Notes: a model not told the origin generated them from the sequence alone. A stretch of 32,000 nucleotides of DNA from Horticoccus luteus (GCF_019464535.1 NZ_CP080507.1:3810001-3842000), one strand, 5' to 3'; shown: positions 1 to 9,243, counted from the stretch's first letter. Program-made: numbers and translations.

Positions 1-1
1 C

Positions 2-463
2 GAGCCTGACCACTATCGCATCGCCGCCACGCGCCTGCCGTTCGTCAACGGCTACCACACCCCTTCCGTGTGGTATGAGCCGGGCGCCGGCCTCTACTGC
101 GTCAGCGCCACGATGCTGCAGGCCGACTACCTGCCCGGCCGCGGTGACTGGACCGCCGATACCGAACGCGAGTATCAACAACTCCGCGCTCTCGCGCCCG
201 CTTTCGCCCGCTACGCGCAGGACCCGGCCGCGCGCCCCGCCCTCGATCGCGACGCTTCTCCGTCGCAATGGCACACCGCGTGGGGCCGGTTCGACGCCCT
301 GCGTTTCGTGCGGCTCTGTCACTACTTGCGCGTGAAGCCACCCCTCGCGCAAATCGGCGGCTCGATCTTCGTCTACCGCCTCAGCGCCGACGAAGTGAAC
401 ACCGCCTGCGACGGCGATCTCCACGCGTTGCTCCGCCTCATCGAGACGCAGGCGCGCCGCTGA
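2..463 (+). CDS. C-terminal fragment of a hypothetical protein (5' end outside the window)
   Basis: The frame of listed ORF 68..463 stays open back to nt 2 (EPDHYRIAATRLPFVNGYHTPS...). Codons are GC3-rich and the stop is TGA at 461-463. The ending ...IGGSIFVYRLSADEV loosely recalls C-termini of ArnT/PMT-like membrane glycosyltransferase-family proteins; this is a weak, memory-based similarity. Confidence 0.55.
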   Translation, partial: EPDHYRIAATRLPFVNGYHTPSVWYEPGAGLYCVSATMLQADYLPGRGDWTADTEREYQQLRALAPAFARYAQDPAARPALDRDASPSQWHTAWGRFDALRFVRLCHYLRVKPPLAQIGGSIFVYRLSADEVNTACDGDLHALLRLIETQARR

Positions 464-511
464 CGCACGCCGCGGCTTCGGGCGCCGCGCGCCTCTCCCG
501 CGGATCCCGAC

Positions 512-1198
512 TCAGTGCCGCACGTGCACGAAATTGCTGCGGGAAAGTTCGTAGCTGCCGCCGACTTTGATGAACGCGATCGACCCGCGGCCCGTCGCCC
601 GCAACGCCGTCAACGTCGGCGGCGAGTCGCCGTCCGCGCTCTTGAAATGCAAATTCGCCTCGCCCGTTTCCAACTGCAGGATCGCCCGCGTCCGCACCGG
701 CTCGCGTAGCCGCACCCACATCTCTTCCAGCGCCGGCTCCTGCTTGTTGACGCGCACGACCACGTAAAATTTGTCGGGATCAATTGACTCCCCCTCCGCA
801 CGCTTGAGCGGCACTTGGTAAAACACCGCGTCGCCTTCCTCGCGTAATCGCCGCGCCGCCTCCACGTCCAATAACTGGCTCAGCGCCTGCGGATCGGTCT
901 GCTGCCGGTGCTTCTCCTGCGAACGCCGGTATTTGCGGATCTGCGACTCCGTCGGCTCCTGCCCATTGATCAGCAACGGCGTAAATTGTTCGTCCTCGGG
1001 CCGCGACGGATCGTAGCGCATCACGACTTCCCGCCGCAGTTTCCCGTCGTTGTCGCGCGATACGGTTTTCTGCGTGTAAGCCCACTCATTCGATTCCGCC
1101 GCGAAGCGGTCGACCGCCGTCGCCAGCACATCGGGACCCGCCGCGTAAGTCGCGAGCGAACCGGTGAGACAAAGTAGAAGGGTGAAAAGTCGGCGCAT
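512..1198 (-). CDS. secreted hypothetical protein (228 aa)
   Basis: An internal ATG (reverse complement of cat at 1196-1198) within ORF 512..1552 gives MRRLFTLLLCLTGSLATYAAGPD..., a typical Sec signal peptide. The 118 codons upstream are Arg/Gly/Ala-rich junk. I recognise no enzymatic motif; the size and charge pattern are compatible with a LolA-like or periplasmic beta-fold protein. Confidence 0.7.
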   Translation of the reverse strand: MRRLFTLLLCLTGSLATYAAGPDVLATAVDRFAAESNEWAYTQKTVSRDNDGKLRREVVMRYDPSRPEDEQFTPLLINGQEPTESQIRKYRRSQEKHRQQTDPQALSQLLDVEAARRLREEGDAVFYQVPLKRAEGESIDPDKFYVVVRVNKQEPALEEMWVRLREPVRTRAILQLETGEANLHFKSADGDSPPTLTALRATGRGSIAFIKVGGSYELSRSNFVHVRH

Positions 1199-1383
1199 TG
1201 AGGGTCGGCAAACTGCTGCCTTTTTCCCGCGTCGCAACCTCCCCGCCGCCCCTCGCCCGGCAGGCTGCACAGCATCAACAAGATCCTGCGCCAAAAATTT
1301 GCATGTGGGTCGCTGGTCGCTCTCCACCGAGCCGGAAATCACGTCCGGATCCGCGCCCCCGAAACGCCTCCTGTGCGTTGTTG

Positions 1384-2283
1384 CTACACCGGCTCGACGT
1401 GCACCGACACGTCCGTGATATGCAACGGCGCCGCCAGCAAAGCATCTTTCACCGCATGCGCGATGTCGTGGCCCGCCCGCACGGACAACGCTCCATCGAC
1501 CCGCACATGGATGTCGACGAGATGGCTCAGTCCGCTTTTCCGCACACGGCATTTGTCGAGCTCGCGCACGCCCGGCACCGCCAGCGCATACGCGCGCACC
1601 CGCTGCTCGATCTGGTCGGGCACCGCTGTATCCATCACATCACGCAACGCCCGCCCGGCCATCAGCACGCCGTTGAACGCGATCACCACGCAGGCAAATA
1701 ACGCCGCCCAATCGTCCGCCGTCTCGAAACCCTTGCCGCCGATCACCGCAATCGCGATGCCCACAAACGCCGCGCCCGACGTCACCGCGTCCGCCCAATG
1801 ATGCATCGCCTCGACGCCGAGTGCCGTGCTTCCCGCCGTTTCGCCCGCAGCGTGCAACCGTCGCGAGAACCAGATCTTCACGGCCACGATGCCCGCGAGC
1901 AGCGGCAACGTCGCCCAATGCGGCCCCCGGTGCGGCGTGACGATCTCGTGCACCGCATGCCAGCCGATCCACAGCGCCACCAGAAAGATGAACCCCGCCA
2001 CCGCAAGCGCCGCGAGCGGCTCCGCTTTGCCATGCCCAAACGGATGGTTCGCATCGGGCGGCCGCCCCGCGACCTTGAAGCCCATCCACACCAACAACGA
2101 GGACAGGATGTCGAGCAACGACTCCGCTCCGTCCGCGATCAACGCATACGTGTGACCAAGGATGCCGCCCGCGAATTTCGCCAGCGCGAGCACCGCATTG
2201 AGGCCCATCCCGCGCAGCACCAGCCGCGCGCTCGCTCGGGCGCGTTCCTGCGTGGCTGCGTGGGCCGGCGTGAGGTTGGTCAC
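1384..2283 (-). CDS. cation diffusion facilitator (CDF) family metal efflux transporter
   Basis: The motifs ...LALAKFAGGILGHTYALIADGAESLLDILSSLLVWMGFKVAGRPPDANHPFGHGKAEPLAAL... and the C-terminal ...DIHVRVDGALSVRAGHDIAHAVKDAL...HVEPV are classic CDF TM2/TM5 and cytoplasmic-domain signatures. The start is uncertain. I chose GTG at 2283 (VTNLTPAHAATQERARAS...). The ORF stays open to another GTG at 2391, which would leave only 14 nt to the divergent ACT gene. Confidence 0.85.
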   Translation of the reverse strand: MTNLTPAHAATQERARASARLVLRGMGLNAVLALAKFAGGILGHTYALIADGAESLLDILSSLLVWMGFKVAGRPPDANHPFGHGKAEPLAALAVAGFIFLVALWIGWHAVHEIVTPHRGPHWATLPLLAGIVAVKIWFSRRLHAAGETAGSTALGVEAMHHWADAVTSGAAFVGIAIAVIGGKGFETADDWAALFACVVIAFNGVLMAGRALRDVMDTAVPDQIEQRVRAYALAVPGVRELDKCRVRKSGLSHLVDIHVRVDGALSVRAGHDIAHAVKDALLAAPLHITDVSVHVEPV

Positions 2284-2405
2284 GCCCCCACCCTGAAGAG
2301 CTTCACCGCCGAGCTCAACGCGACACTCCGGGAATTCGCGTCGTCGGTGAAGACCGACGGCGGCGTTGACCGCCTCCGTCCCTTTCCCCACCGTGCGGCA
2401 CTTCC

Positions 2406-2861
2406 ATGGCGGAATCCAAGACCACGCTCAGCAGCGATCCCATCAAGCAGTTCTCGGTTTTCACGCCGAACCGCGTCGGCCGGCTCTTCGACCTTACCGC
2501 CCTGCTGCGCGATCACAACGTCCACATCATGGCGCTCACGGTCCTCGACACCACCGACAGCGCGATCGTGCGCTTCATCGTCGACGACGTGGAGCAGGCC
2601 CGCGAGCTGATGATCAACAACGATTTTGCCTACACCGAATGCGAAGTGCTCGGCGTGGAGATCGACGACGAGGGCGATTTGAAACGCGTGCTCAGTTCGC
2701 TCCTCGAGGCCGAGATCAACATCCACTACATCTACAGCTTCATCAAACGCCCCGCTGATCGCGCCGCCCTCGTCATCAACGCCGAGGATATCGATGTCGC
2801 CGCGCATTGCCTTAACACCTGCGGCTTCCGCGTCCTTACCCGCCGCGACATCACGCGCTGA
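2406..2861 (+). CDS. ACT domain-containing protein (two ACT-like halves, 151 aa)
   Basis: MAESKTTLSSDPIKQFSVFTPNRVGRLFDLTALLRDHNVHIMALTVLDTTDSAIVRFIVDD... followed by a second ...VLGVEIDDEGDLKRVLSSLLEAEINIHYIYSF... repeat. This is the pattern of small stand-alone ACT regulatory proteins. Confidence 0.75.
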   Translation: MAESKTTLSSDPIKQFSVFTPNRVGRLFDLTALLRDHNVHIMALTVLDTTDSAIVRFIVDDVEQARELMINNDFAYTECEVLGVEIDDEGDLKRVLSSLLEAEINIHYIYSFIKRPADRAALVINAEDIDVAAHCLNTCGFRVLTRRDITR

Positions 2862-2940
2862 TTGCGCTCGCGCGGAGCCGTCCGCTCTCGTGCGCCGCGA
2901 CTGACCGCCCCCTCTCGCCGCCGCGTTCGCGCCAAAAACA

Positions 2941-5900
2941 TTGGCGAACGCCCGCCCCGTCGACAGGCTCGCCGACGTGTCACCTCTTCGCTGTCTGAGT
3001 GCCGCCGCGCTGGCCTTGGCTGTCGTCACCGTCGGCTTTGCTGTGCGCGATCCGTGGTTTCCCGACGGCCCCGTCCAGCCGCCGATCCCGCGCGGCGTGC
3101 CGCTTCCGCCAATCACGCGCACCCTGCAATTCCCCTTGAAGACCGCGCGCACCCTGCACAGCGACGCCGAGATCGCCCAGGCCCGCGCCAACGTGAAGGC
3201 GTTTCCCTCCGCTCGCGCCATCGCCGACAAAATCCTCGCCGACGCCGCCTACTGGACGACGTGGACCGACGACGCGTTGCGCGATCTCGTCACCACCGCT
3301 GACGTCACCCGCGCCGTCGACCTCTGTCCCGACGGCTGCCCCGTTCACGGCCGCAAGATTTTCGAAACCTCCACCGGCACGTCCTACCCATGGATCGTCG
3401 ACCCGCACCACCCTTTCAAGGTCAAGTGCCCAATCGGCGGCGAGACCTATCCCGACAACGACTACGGCGCCTACTACCACAGCGGCTTCAAGGACCGCTC
3501 CTCGCTCACCGGCAAAATCGTCGACGATGGCTGGGGCTGGGTCGCCCCCGACGGCAAACGCTACTGGTTCGTCGCCCATGCCAATCACATGCTCTGGCAG
3601 CGCCTCGAACTCGACGGCCGCTCCATCAACAGCGCCATCCTCACCCTCAGCCGCGCCTACCTCTTGACCGGCGATCGCGCCTACGCCCATCGCGCCGCCG
3701 TCCTCCTCCAACGCGTGGCCGAAGTTTATCCCGCGATGAACTACGAGCAGCAGTCGCGCGAGGGCCAGCTCATGGGCGAGCAGGGCACGCGCTACACCGG
3801 CAAAATCGTCAACGCCATCTGGGAAGCTTACCAAGTCGTCCCCGAACTCGCCGAAGGCTACGACAACATCTGGGAGACGATCGACCGCGACACCGCCCTT
3901 CAAAAATTCTCCGGCCGCACGGGCCCGCAGATCCGCGCCAGCATCGAGGCCAACTATCTTGAGGACGCCATTGATGCGTATTTCGCCGATCAAATCCGCG
4001 GCAACTACGGCACGCACCAACGCGCCCTCCTCCTCCTCGCCGTCGTCCGGCAGCATGGCGACAACCGCCGCTACGTCGACGAAGTGCTCCATCGCGCCGA
4101 CGGCCACTTCCTGCGCGTCGGTTTCGATTACGCCCTCTACGATCTGGTCTTCCGCGACGGCGCCGCGCACGAGTCGCCCGATTACAATTTCGTCTGGCCC
4201 CGTATTTTCGCCGCGTCCGCCGAGCTGTTGAAAAAACTCGGTTACGACATGTCGGTGCTCCCGCGCCTCCACCGCATGTTCGACGAACCGCTCGACTTCA
4301 TCACCACGGGCACGCACTCGCCCGCGCTCGGCGACAGCAAGACCATCGACGCTCCGCTGATCGGCGACGACGCCCTCGTGTATCAACGCGCGTGGCGCCT
4401 CTACGGGGACTCACGCTACGCCGCATTTCTCGCCGGCATCGGCGCCACCGGCGATCACAGCTTCACGAGCTACGACGCGCTCTTCTCCCCCGCCCTGCCC
4501 GTCGCGGCGACCCCCACCGACGGCCGGGCCGTCCCGCCGCAACCCTCGCACGTCCTCACCGGCTACGGCTACGCCCTCCTCAACAATCCCGCCGACACCC
4601 GCTCGCTCGGCCTCTACTACGGCGAACATCTCAACCACTTTCACTACGACCGACTGCACTTCGATCTCTTCGCCTACGGCCGCCCCCTGACGCCCGATCT
4701 CGGTTATCCCGACGCAGCCAACGAATTCAACCCCGGCATCTTCACGTGGTCCAAGACCACCATCTCGCATAACACTGTCACCGTCGACGCCCGCCGCCAG
4801 AACGCCAACCCCGCCGGCACCTTGCGCTTCTTTGCGGATGGGCCGCACACTCGCGCCCTCTCCGTCGATGCGCCCGGCACCTATCCCGCCACCACCACCT
4901 ACCGCCGCACGCTCGTGATGGTCGATCTGCCCGCCGCCGCCCACAGCCCCGACCGCGGCTACGTGGTCGATTTCTTCGACGTCGCCGGCGGCCACCAGCA
5001 CGACTACAGCCTGCACGGTCCGCCGGGTGAGTTCTCCGTCTCCGCCGAGACCAATCTCACTCCGCCCGCGCCCGGCACGCTCGCCGGCGAAAATGTGGCG
5101 CTCGGCGAGATTTACGACGATCCCGTGCTCGGCGCGAAAGATTACAAGGGCAGTTACCTGCGCTACGCCGGCTCCGGCTTCCAACACCTCTTCAACGTCC
5201 AACACGTCCAGAGCGGCTCGGATTTTACCTATGCGCAATATATCGATGCAAAGAATCCGCAGGCCCGGCTCCGCATCCGCATTTTGCCGCAGCCCGGCCA
5301 GGACATCATTCTGGCCGACGCCCACGTTTCCCCCATCAAACATCCCGCGCTGCTCAAATATCTCATCGCTCGTCGCACTGGCCCGGCGGGCGCGCCGCTT
5401 GCGAGCACGTTCGTGTCCGTGCTCGAGCCGTTTCCTGATCAACCCTTCCTCGTCAGCGCAACGCCAGCGCCCGTCGCGGGTCCCGCCGAGGCCCGCGCGG
5501 TCATCGTCCGCCGCGCGCCCGATGCGCAAGGCGGCGTGCGCGACCTCATCGTTCACAGCGCGCATGGCCCCGTCCGCGTCGACTCCGCCGGCCTGCCTCC
5601 ACTCGAGACCGACGCCGAAGTCGCCGTCGTGACGCTCGACGCCGCGCAGCATCCCGTTCGCGTTTTCTTCGCTCAGGGAACCTATTTCCGCCTCGGCGCG
5701 CTGCAATTCTCCGCCGCGCCGCTCGAAGGCCAAATCGTGAGCGTCAACCCCGCCACCAACACCATCGGCGTGCGGATCAACTCCGTCGCCCCGCCCGATC
5801 TCGCGACTCTGACGGGCCGTGTTTTTGCCGTGAAAAACGCCCAACACACCGATGCGTTCACCATCGCCTCCGCCCGCATCGACGGCCGCACGCTGGTGCT

Positions 5901-6195
5901 CGCGATCAAGGAAGACCTCCGCGTCGGTCTCGCCCGCGTCGCCACCGCCACGCCCGATCAGCTCACCACCAATACGCCGCTCTACCTCGCCGCGGTTTAC
6001 CCAGGCACGATGCTGACCACCCGTGCGTTTCAGCCGCTCGGCACCGTCACCCGTTGCCAAGACGGCGTGCTCCAACTTGCCGCGCCGCGACCCGCCCATC
6101 TTCCCGTCAACCCCGGCGATGATGTCTGGCTGCTGGGCGTCGCGCTCGGCGACCGCGTGACTCTTCCGACCGTGTTCAACTGGCAGCAACCGTAA
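2941..6195 (+). CDS. exported heparinase II/III-like polysaccharide lyase family protein (1084 aa)
   Basis: There is an N-terminal hydrophobic anchor or signal (CLSAAALALAVVTVGFA). An alginate-lyase-like alpha/alpha toroid region is present (AEIAQARANVKAFPSARAIADKIL..., RAYLLTGDRAYAHRAAVLLQRVAEVYP). The canonical Hepar_II_III block is GEHLNHFHYDRLHFDLFAYGRPLTPDLGYP...ISHNTVTVDARRQ. The listed start is TTG at 2941, and the exact start is uncertain. Confidence 0.85.
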   Translation: MANARPVDRLADVSPLRCLSAAALALAVVTVGFAVRDPWFPDGPVQPPIPRGVPLPPITRTLQFPLKTARTLHSDAEIAQARANVKAFPSARAIADKILADAAYWTTWTDDALRDLVTTADVTRAVDLCPDGCPVHGRKIFETSTGTSYPWIVDPHHPFKVKCPIGGETYPDNDYGAYYHSGFKDRSSLTGKIVDDGWGWVAPDGKRYWFVAHANHMLWQRLELDGRSINSAILTLSRAYLLTGDRAYAHRAAVLLQRVAEVYPAMNYEQQSREGQLMGEQGTRYTGKIVNAIWEAYQVVPELAEGYDNIWETIDRDTALQKFSGRTGPQIRASIEANYLEDAIDAYFADQIRGNYGTHQRALLLLAVVRQHGDNRRYVDEVLHRADGHFLRVGFDYALYDLVFRDGAAHESPDYNFVWPRIFAASAELLKKLGYDMSVLPRLHRMFDEPLDFITTGTHSPALGDSKTIDAPLIGDDALVYQRAWRLYGDSRYAAFLAGIGATGDHSFTSYDALFSPALPVAATPTDGRAVPPQPSHVLTGYGYALLNNPADTRSLGLYYGEHLNHFHYDRLHFDLFAYGRPLTPDLGYPDAANEFNPGIFTWSKTTISHNTVTVDARRQNANPAGTLRFFADGPHTRALSVDAPGTYPATTTYRRTLVMVDLPAAAHSPDRGYVVDFFDVAGGHQHDYSLHGPPGEFSVSAETNLTPPAPGTLAGENVALGEIYDDPVLGAKDYKGSYLRYAGSGFQHLFNVQHVQSGSDFTYAQYIDAKNPQARLRIRILPQPGQDIILADAHVSPIKHPALLKYLIARRTGPAGAPLASTFVSVLEPFPDQPFLVSATPAPVAGPAEARAVIVRRAPDAQGGVRDLIVHSAHGPVRVDSAGLPPLETDAEVAVVTLDAAQHPVRVFFAQGTYFRLGALQFSAAPLEGQIVSVNPATNTIGVRINSVAPPDLATLTGRVFAVKNAQHTDAFTIASARIDGRTLVLAIKEDLRVGLARVATATPDQLTTNTPLYLAAVYPGTMLTTRAFQPLGTVTRCQDGVLQLAAPRPAHLPVNPGDDVWLLGVALGDRVTLPTVFNWQQP

Positions 6196-6298
6196 CGTCC
6201 CCAGCACACGGGTGTGTTTCGCCGCGGCCATCGCATTCACCGCAACTGCGGGTCGCACGCCTCAAATCAACTTGAGACGCGCAGACGACAGAGACGCC

Positions 6299-7150
6299 TT
6301 ACACTCGGTAAAACGCCTCGGCGTTGCGCACGTAGAGCTTGTGGCATTCGTCCGGCGACGCGCCCGCGAGCGCATCGTCCAGCGTCTGCACCCAGCGCGG
6401 ATAATCCGTCGCCTGCGACGCCACCGGCCAGTCGCCGCCAAACATCACGCGGTCGAACCCGAAACAATCCATCACGTGGTCGATGTAAGGCCGCAGATCG
6501 GCGGCCGTCCATTTCTGGAAATCCGCCTCGGTCACGAGCCCCGACATCTTGCAGACCACATTCGGAAACGCCGCCAGCTCCCGCAACTCCGCCCGCCACG
6601 GATCAAGCAGCCCCGCCTTGATGTCGGGCTTGCCGATGTGATCGAGCACGAAGCTCACATTGGGACACTGCCGCACGAGCTTGATCGTGTTGGCGAGCTG
6701 CCGGTGGTTGACGCAAAGGTCGAACGACAATCCGTGCCGCGGCAGAAGTTGCACGCCGCGCACGAAATCCGGCTGCAGACAAAACGCCTGATCCGCCTCG
6801 AACTGGATGATGCGCCGGATGCCCTTGATCAACGGATTCGCCGCGAGCCGCGCGAGATCCGCCTCCGCGGCGTCGCCTTTTTCCAGCGGCGCCCACGGCA
6901 CGATGCCGCGGATGCGCGGATCGATCGCCGCCATCTCCGTCACCCAATCCGCCTCCTCCTGAAACTGCGCGAAGTCCGCCTCGCACTGGAGAAACACCAT
7001 CTTCGCCACCTGCACCGGCCCGCACACGCGCCGGTATTCGTCGATGAGATGATTCCGGTTCAACATCGGCACGCCCGCCAGCCAGGGATAACGCAAGCGG
7101 TCCAGATTCCAGATGTGCAGATGAGTGTCGACGATGGGGAAGTTGGGCAT
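6299..7150 (-). CDS. amidohydrolase-2 family (COG3618-type) sugar lactonase, L-fucono/L-rhamnono-lactonase-like
   Basis: MPNFPIVDTHLHIWNLDRLRYPWL... (the HxH metal motif at the N-terminus), ...VLDHIGKPDI... and ...VMFGGDWPV... are hallmarks of the amidohydrolase_2 lactonase/LigI group. Substrate assignment is inference. Confidence 0.8.
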   Translation of the reverse strand: MPNFPIVDTHLHIWNLDRLRYPWLAGVPMLNRNHLIDEYRRVCGPVQVAKMVFLQCEADFAQFQEEADWVTEMAAIDPRIRGIVPWAPLEKGDAAEADLARLAANPLIKGIRRIIQFEADQAFCLQPDFVRGVQLLPRHGLSFDLCVNHRQLANTIKLVRQCPNVSFVLDHIGKPDIKAGLLDPWRAELRELAAFPNVVCKMSGLVTEADFQKWTAADLRPYIDHVMDCFGFDRVMFGGDWPVASQATDYPRWVQTLDDALAGASPDECHKLYVRNAEAFYRV

Positions 7151-7202
7151 GAGGGGTGCGGCGTGGAGGGTTGATGCAACGACAGGAAAAATACTCCAAA
7201 TT

Positions 7203-7250
7203 CCAAGCTCCTGATTCGCAGTTGGAAGTTTGATCCTCTCTGGAGCTTGG
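7203..7250. repeat. 9-bp perfect inverted repeat CCAAGCTCC / GGAGCTTGG (30-nt loop) in the AT-richer gap between the 2-hydroxyacid dehydrogenase and lactonase genes
   Basis: The arms are at 7203-7211 and 7242-7250. A competing pairing TTCCAA (7201-06) / TTGGAA (7222-27) shares the left arm. On the minus-strand transcript the structure is followed by ...GGAGTATTTTTCC. Its presence is certain from the sequence; its function is unknown. Confidence 0.5.
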
Positions 7251-7287
7251 CGGTTGGCGCTCGGCGCTTTAGTCGCGATCCGCGCGA

Positions 7288-8247
7288 CTATCGGTTGACC
7301 ACATTCTTCAACGGTTCGCCCTTGAGTCCGCGCACCACTTCCTCGCCCGCGAGCTGCTGCAGCCGCGGGATGCTGCTCTCGCTATACCACGCGAGGTGCG
7401 AGGTGATCAGGAGATTCGGCGCGTTGCGCAACGGATGGTCCGCCTCAAGAGGCTCCTTCTCGAAAACGTCGAGGCCCGCCGCCCCGATCGTGCCGTCGGT
7501 CAACGCCGCCGCCAGCGCCACCGTATCCACCAACGGCCCGCGCGCGGTGTTCACGACAATCGCCGTTTTCTTCATCTGCGCGAGCGTGCGCGCATTCACC
7601 AAATGCTTCGTCTCCGGCGTCAGCGGCGAGTGGAGCGACAGGATGTCGGCGCGCGCAAACAACTGATCGAGCTCCACCTTTTCCACGCCTTCCGCCGCCA
7701 TCGCTTCCGTCGACACGAACGGATCGTAGGCGATCAGCTTGCAGCCGAACGCCCGCATCATCCCATGCGCCGTGCGCGCGATGCGCCCGAAACCTGCCGT
7801 CGCAAACGTCGACGTGCGCAGCGACGGCATCGGCTTGTCCGGGGTGATTTTCCACGTGCCCGCGCGAAAACGCCGGTCGATCTGCGGCAGTTGGCGCGCC
7901 AGCGCGAGCGCCAAGGACACCGCGTGTTCCGCCACTTCATGCACGCCGTAGTCCGGCACGTTGCACACCGGAATTCCGCGCGCCTTCGCCGCCGCGAGGT
8001 CGACGTTGTCCACCCCGATGCCGTAACGCACGATCACCTTGCAACGCGTCAGCGCGGCAATCACCGCGGCGTTGATCGGCGCCCATTGCACCAGCAACGC
8101 ATCGGCGTCGCGGGCGGCTGCGATGACGTCGTCCGCCGTTTTGCATTGGGCCACGACCAGCTCCGCGCCGATCGAGTCAAGCGCGGCCTGCTCGTGCTTG
8201 AGATTGGGAAAACCGTGATCGGTGACGAGGGCGCGTAGTGTGCTCAT
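7288..8247 (-). CDS. D-isomer-specific 2-hydroxyacid dehydrogenase family (CtBP/glyoxylate-reductase-like), NAD-binding
   Basis: ...KVIVRYGIGVDNVDLAAAKARGIPVCNVPDYGVHEVAEHAVSLALALARQL..., the nucleotide loop ...ATAGFGRIARTAHGMMRAFGCKLIAYDP..., and ...IVVNTARGPLVD...GAAGLDVFEKEP... ...ITSHLAW. Confidence 0.9.
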   Translation of the reverse strand: MSTLRALVTDHGFPNLKHEQAALDSIGAELVVAQCKTADDVIAAARDADALLVQWAPINAAVIAALTRCKVIVRYGIGVDNVDLAAAKARGIPVCNVPDYGVHEVAEHAVSLALALARQLPQIDRRFRAGTWKITPDKPMPSLRTSTFATAGFGRIARTAHGMMRAFGCKLIAYDPFVSTEAMAAEGVEKVELDQLFARADILSLHSPLTPETKHLVNARTLAQMKKTAIVVNTARGPLVDTVALAAALTDGTIGAAGLDVFEKEPLEADHPLRNAPNLLITSHLAWYSESSIPRLQQLAGEEVVRGLKGEPLKNVVNR

Positions 8248-8306
8248 GGAATGGTTAAGATAGAAAGATCGATTGTGGTGGAGTGAAGCGGCGCCGCGGC
8301 GGCGAA

Positions 8307-9134
8307 TTATCGCGAGCCCGCGATCTTGCTCGTCTGCCCGAGCCCCTCGGGGCCGATTCCGTTGTAGCCACCGTCCACGGGCAAGTCCGTGCCGGTGATG
8401 AACGATGCGTCGTCGCTCAACAAAAACAGCGCCGGGCCCGCCATCTCCACCGGATGCCCCATGCGCCCGAGCATGTGATACTGGCCCCAGATCGGATCGA
8501 ATTTCGCACGATCACCGCCCGCCGCTTTATCCACCTCGCGCGTCCAAATCCACCCCGGGCTGATGCTGTTCACGCGGATGTTGTCCGGCGCGAGATCGAG
8601 CGCCGCGCAACGCGTGAGCTGCGTCACCGCGCCCTTCGACATGTTGTAGGTCCAGCGGTTGGGCTGCGCGACCCACGACGAGATGCTCGACACATTCACC
8701 ACCGCGCCGCCGCCGTTTTTCTTCATCTCCACGGAGGTGAGCTGGATCATCAACGCGAAACCCAGCGGACCAACTTTCAGCGAATGGAGAAAATCCTCGC
8801 GCGTCGCCTCGAGTCCTTTCGCGATGAACGAAAACGCGTTGTTCACCAGGTAGTCGAGCCGTCCGAACTTCGCGACCGTTTCCGCCACGAGCCGGCGGCA
8901 GAACACCTCGTCCGACATATCGCCCGCAACGACGAGCGGTTCAAAACCCGCCGCCGCAAACGCCCGCCGGCCGTCCTCCGCGTCCACCGGCAAACCACTC
9001 ACCGCCACCTGCGCGCCCTCGCGCAGCAGCTCCAGCGCGATGGCATGGCCGATGCCGTTGGTGCCGCCTGTGACGAGCGCGACTTTACCTTTGAAACGTC
9101 CGGAGACCGGCGAGCGCGTGGGGTTCGTGAGCAT
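8307..9134 (-). CDS. short-chain dehydrogenase/reductase (SDR) family oxidoreductase
   Basis: GKVALVTGGTNGIGHAIALEL (TGxxxGxG), NNAF, and the catalytic S...YNMSK (YxxxK) with ...IRVNSISPGWIWT. Confidence 0.9.
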   Translation of the reverse strand: MLTNPTRSPVSGRFKGKVALVTGGTNGIGHAIALELLREGAQVAVSGLPVDAEDGRRAFAAAGFEPLVVAGDMSDEVFCRRLVAETVAKFGRLDYLVNNAFSFIAKGLEATREDFLHSLKVGPLGFALMIQLTSVEMKKNGGGAVVNVSSISSWVAQPNRWTYNMSKGAVTQLTRCAALDLAPDNIRVNSISPGWIWTREVDKAAGGDRAKFDPIWGQYHMLGRMGHPVEMAGPALFLLSDDASFITGTDLPVDGGYNGIGPEGLGQTSKIAGSR

Positions 9135-9156
9135 AGAGCGAAATAGAGTTACTCAA

Positions 9157-9243
9157 TCAGGAGAGTTCACCGAAAAATAGCGCGCATTGCAAAGCCGCGA
9201 ACGTCGCACAGAAGGCAACCAAGGGGAACGAGGAGTGCTTCAT
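9157..9243 (-). CDS. speculative small ORF encoding a 28-aa hydrophobic peptide (MKHSSFPLVAFCATFAALQCALFFGELS)
   Basis: I translated the reverse complement of 9157-9243 by hand: ATG (cat 9241-9243) to TGA (tca 9157-9159). It sits on the same strand as the flanking operon genes, inside an otherwise unexplained 217-nt gap, with GAAGG 7 nt upstream of the ATG. GC3 is about 70% by my count, lower than neighbouring genes, so coding status is doubtful. Confidence 0.2.
   Translation of the reverse strand: MKHSSFPLVAFCATFAALQCALFFGELS

Noticed and set aside
512-1552. N-terminal extensions suggested by the ORF track: 512..1552, 9352..10566, 13980..16388, 17153..18409, 20038..20769, 22137..22919, 25569..26489 and 28734..29852.
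   Set aside because: In each case an internal start gives a proper signal peptide or aligns with the family or paralog N-terminus. The extra upstream codons are low-complexity or overlap the neighbouring gene or promoter.
6204-6222. agcacacgggtgtgttt after the lyase stop, considered as an intrinsic terminator.
   Set aside because: The stem needs a G-U pair and a strained loop, and only three Ts follow. It is too marginal to report as a feature.
2980-6258. Long minus-strand ORFs (2980..4386, 468 aa; 4411..6258, 615 aa) and shifted plus-strand ORFs inside the lyase gene.
   Set aside because: They lie antisense or out of frame to a gene with clear heparinase II/III motifs. The translations are low-complexity and Arg/Gly/Ala-rich with no recognisable domains.
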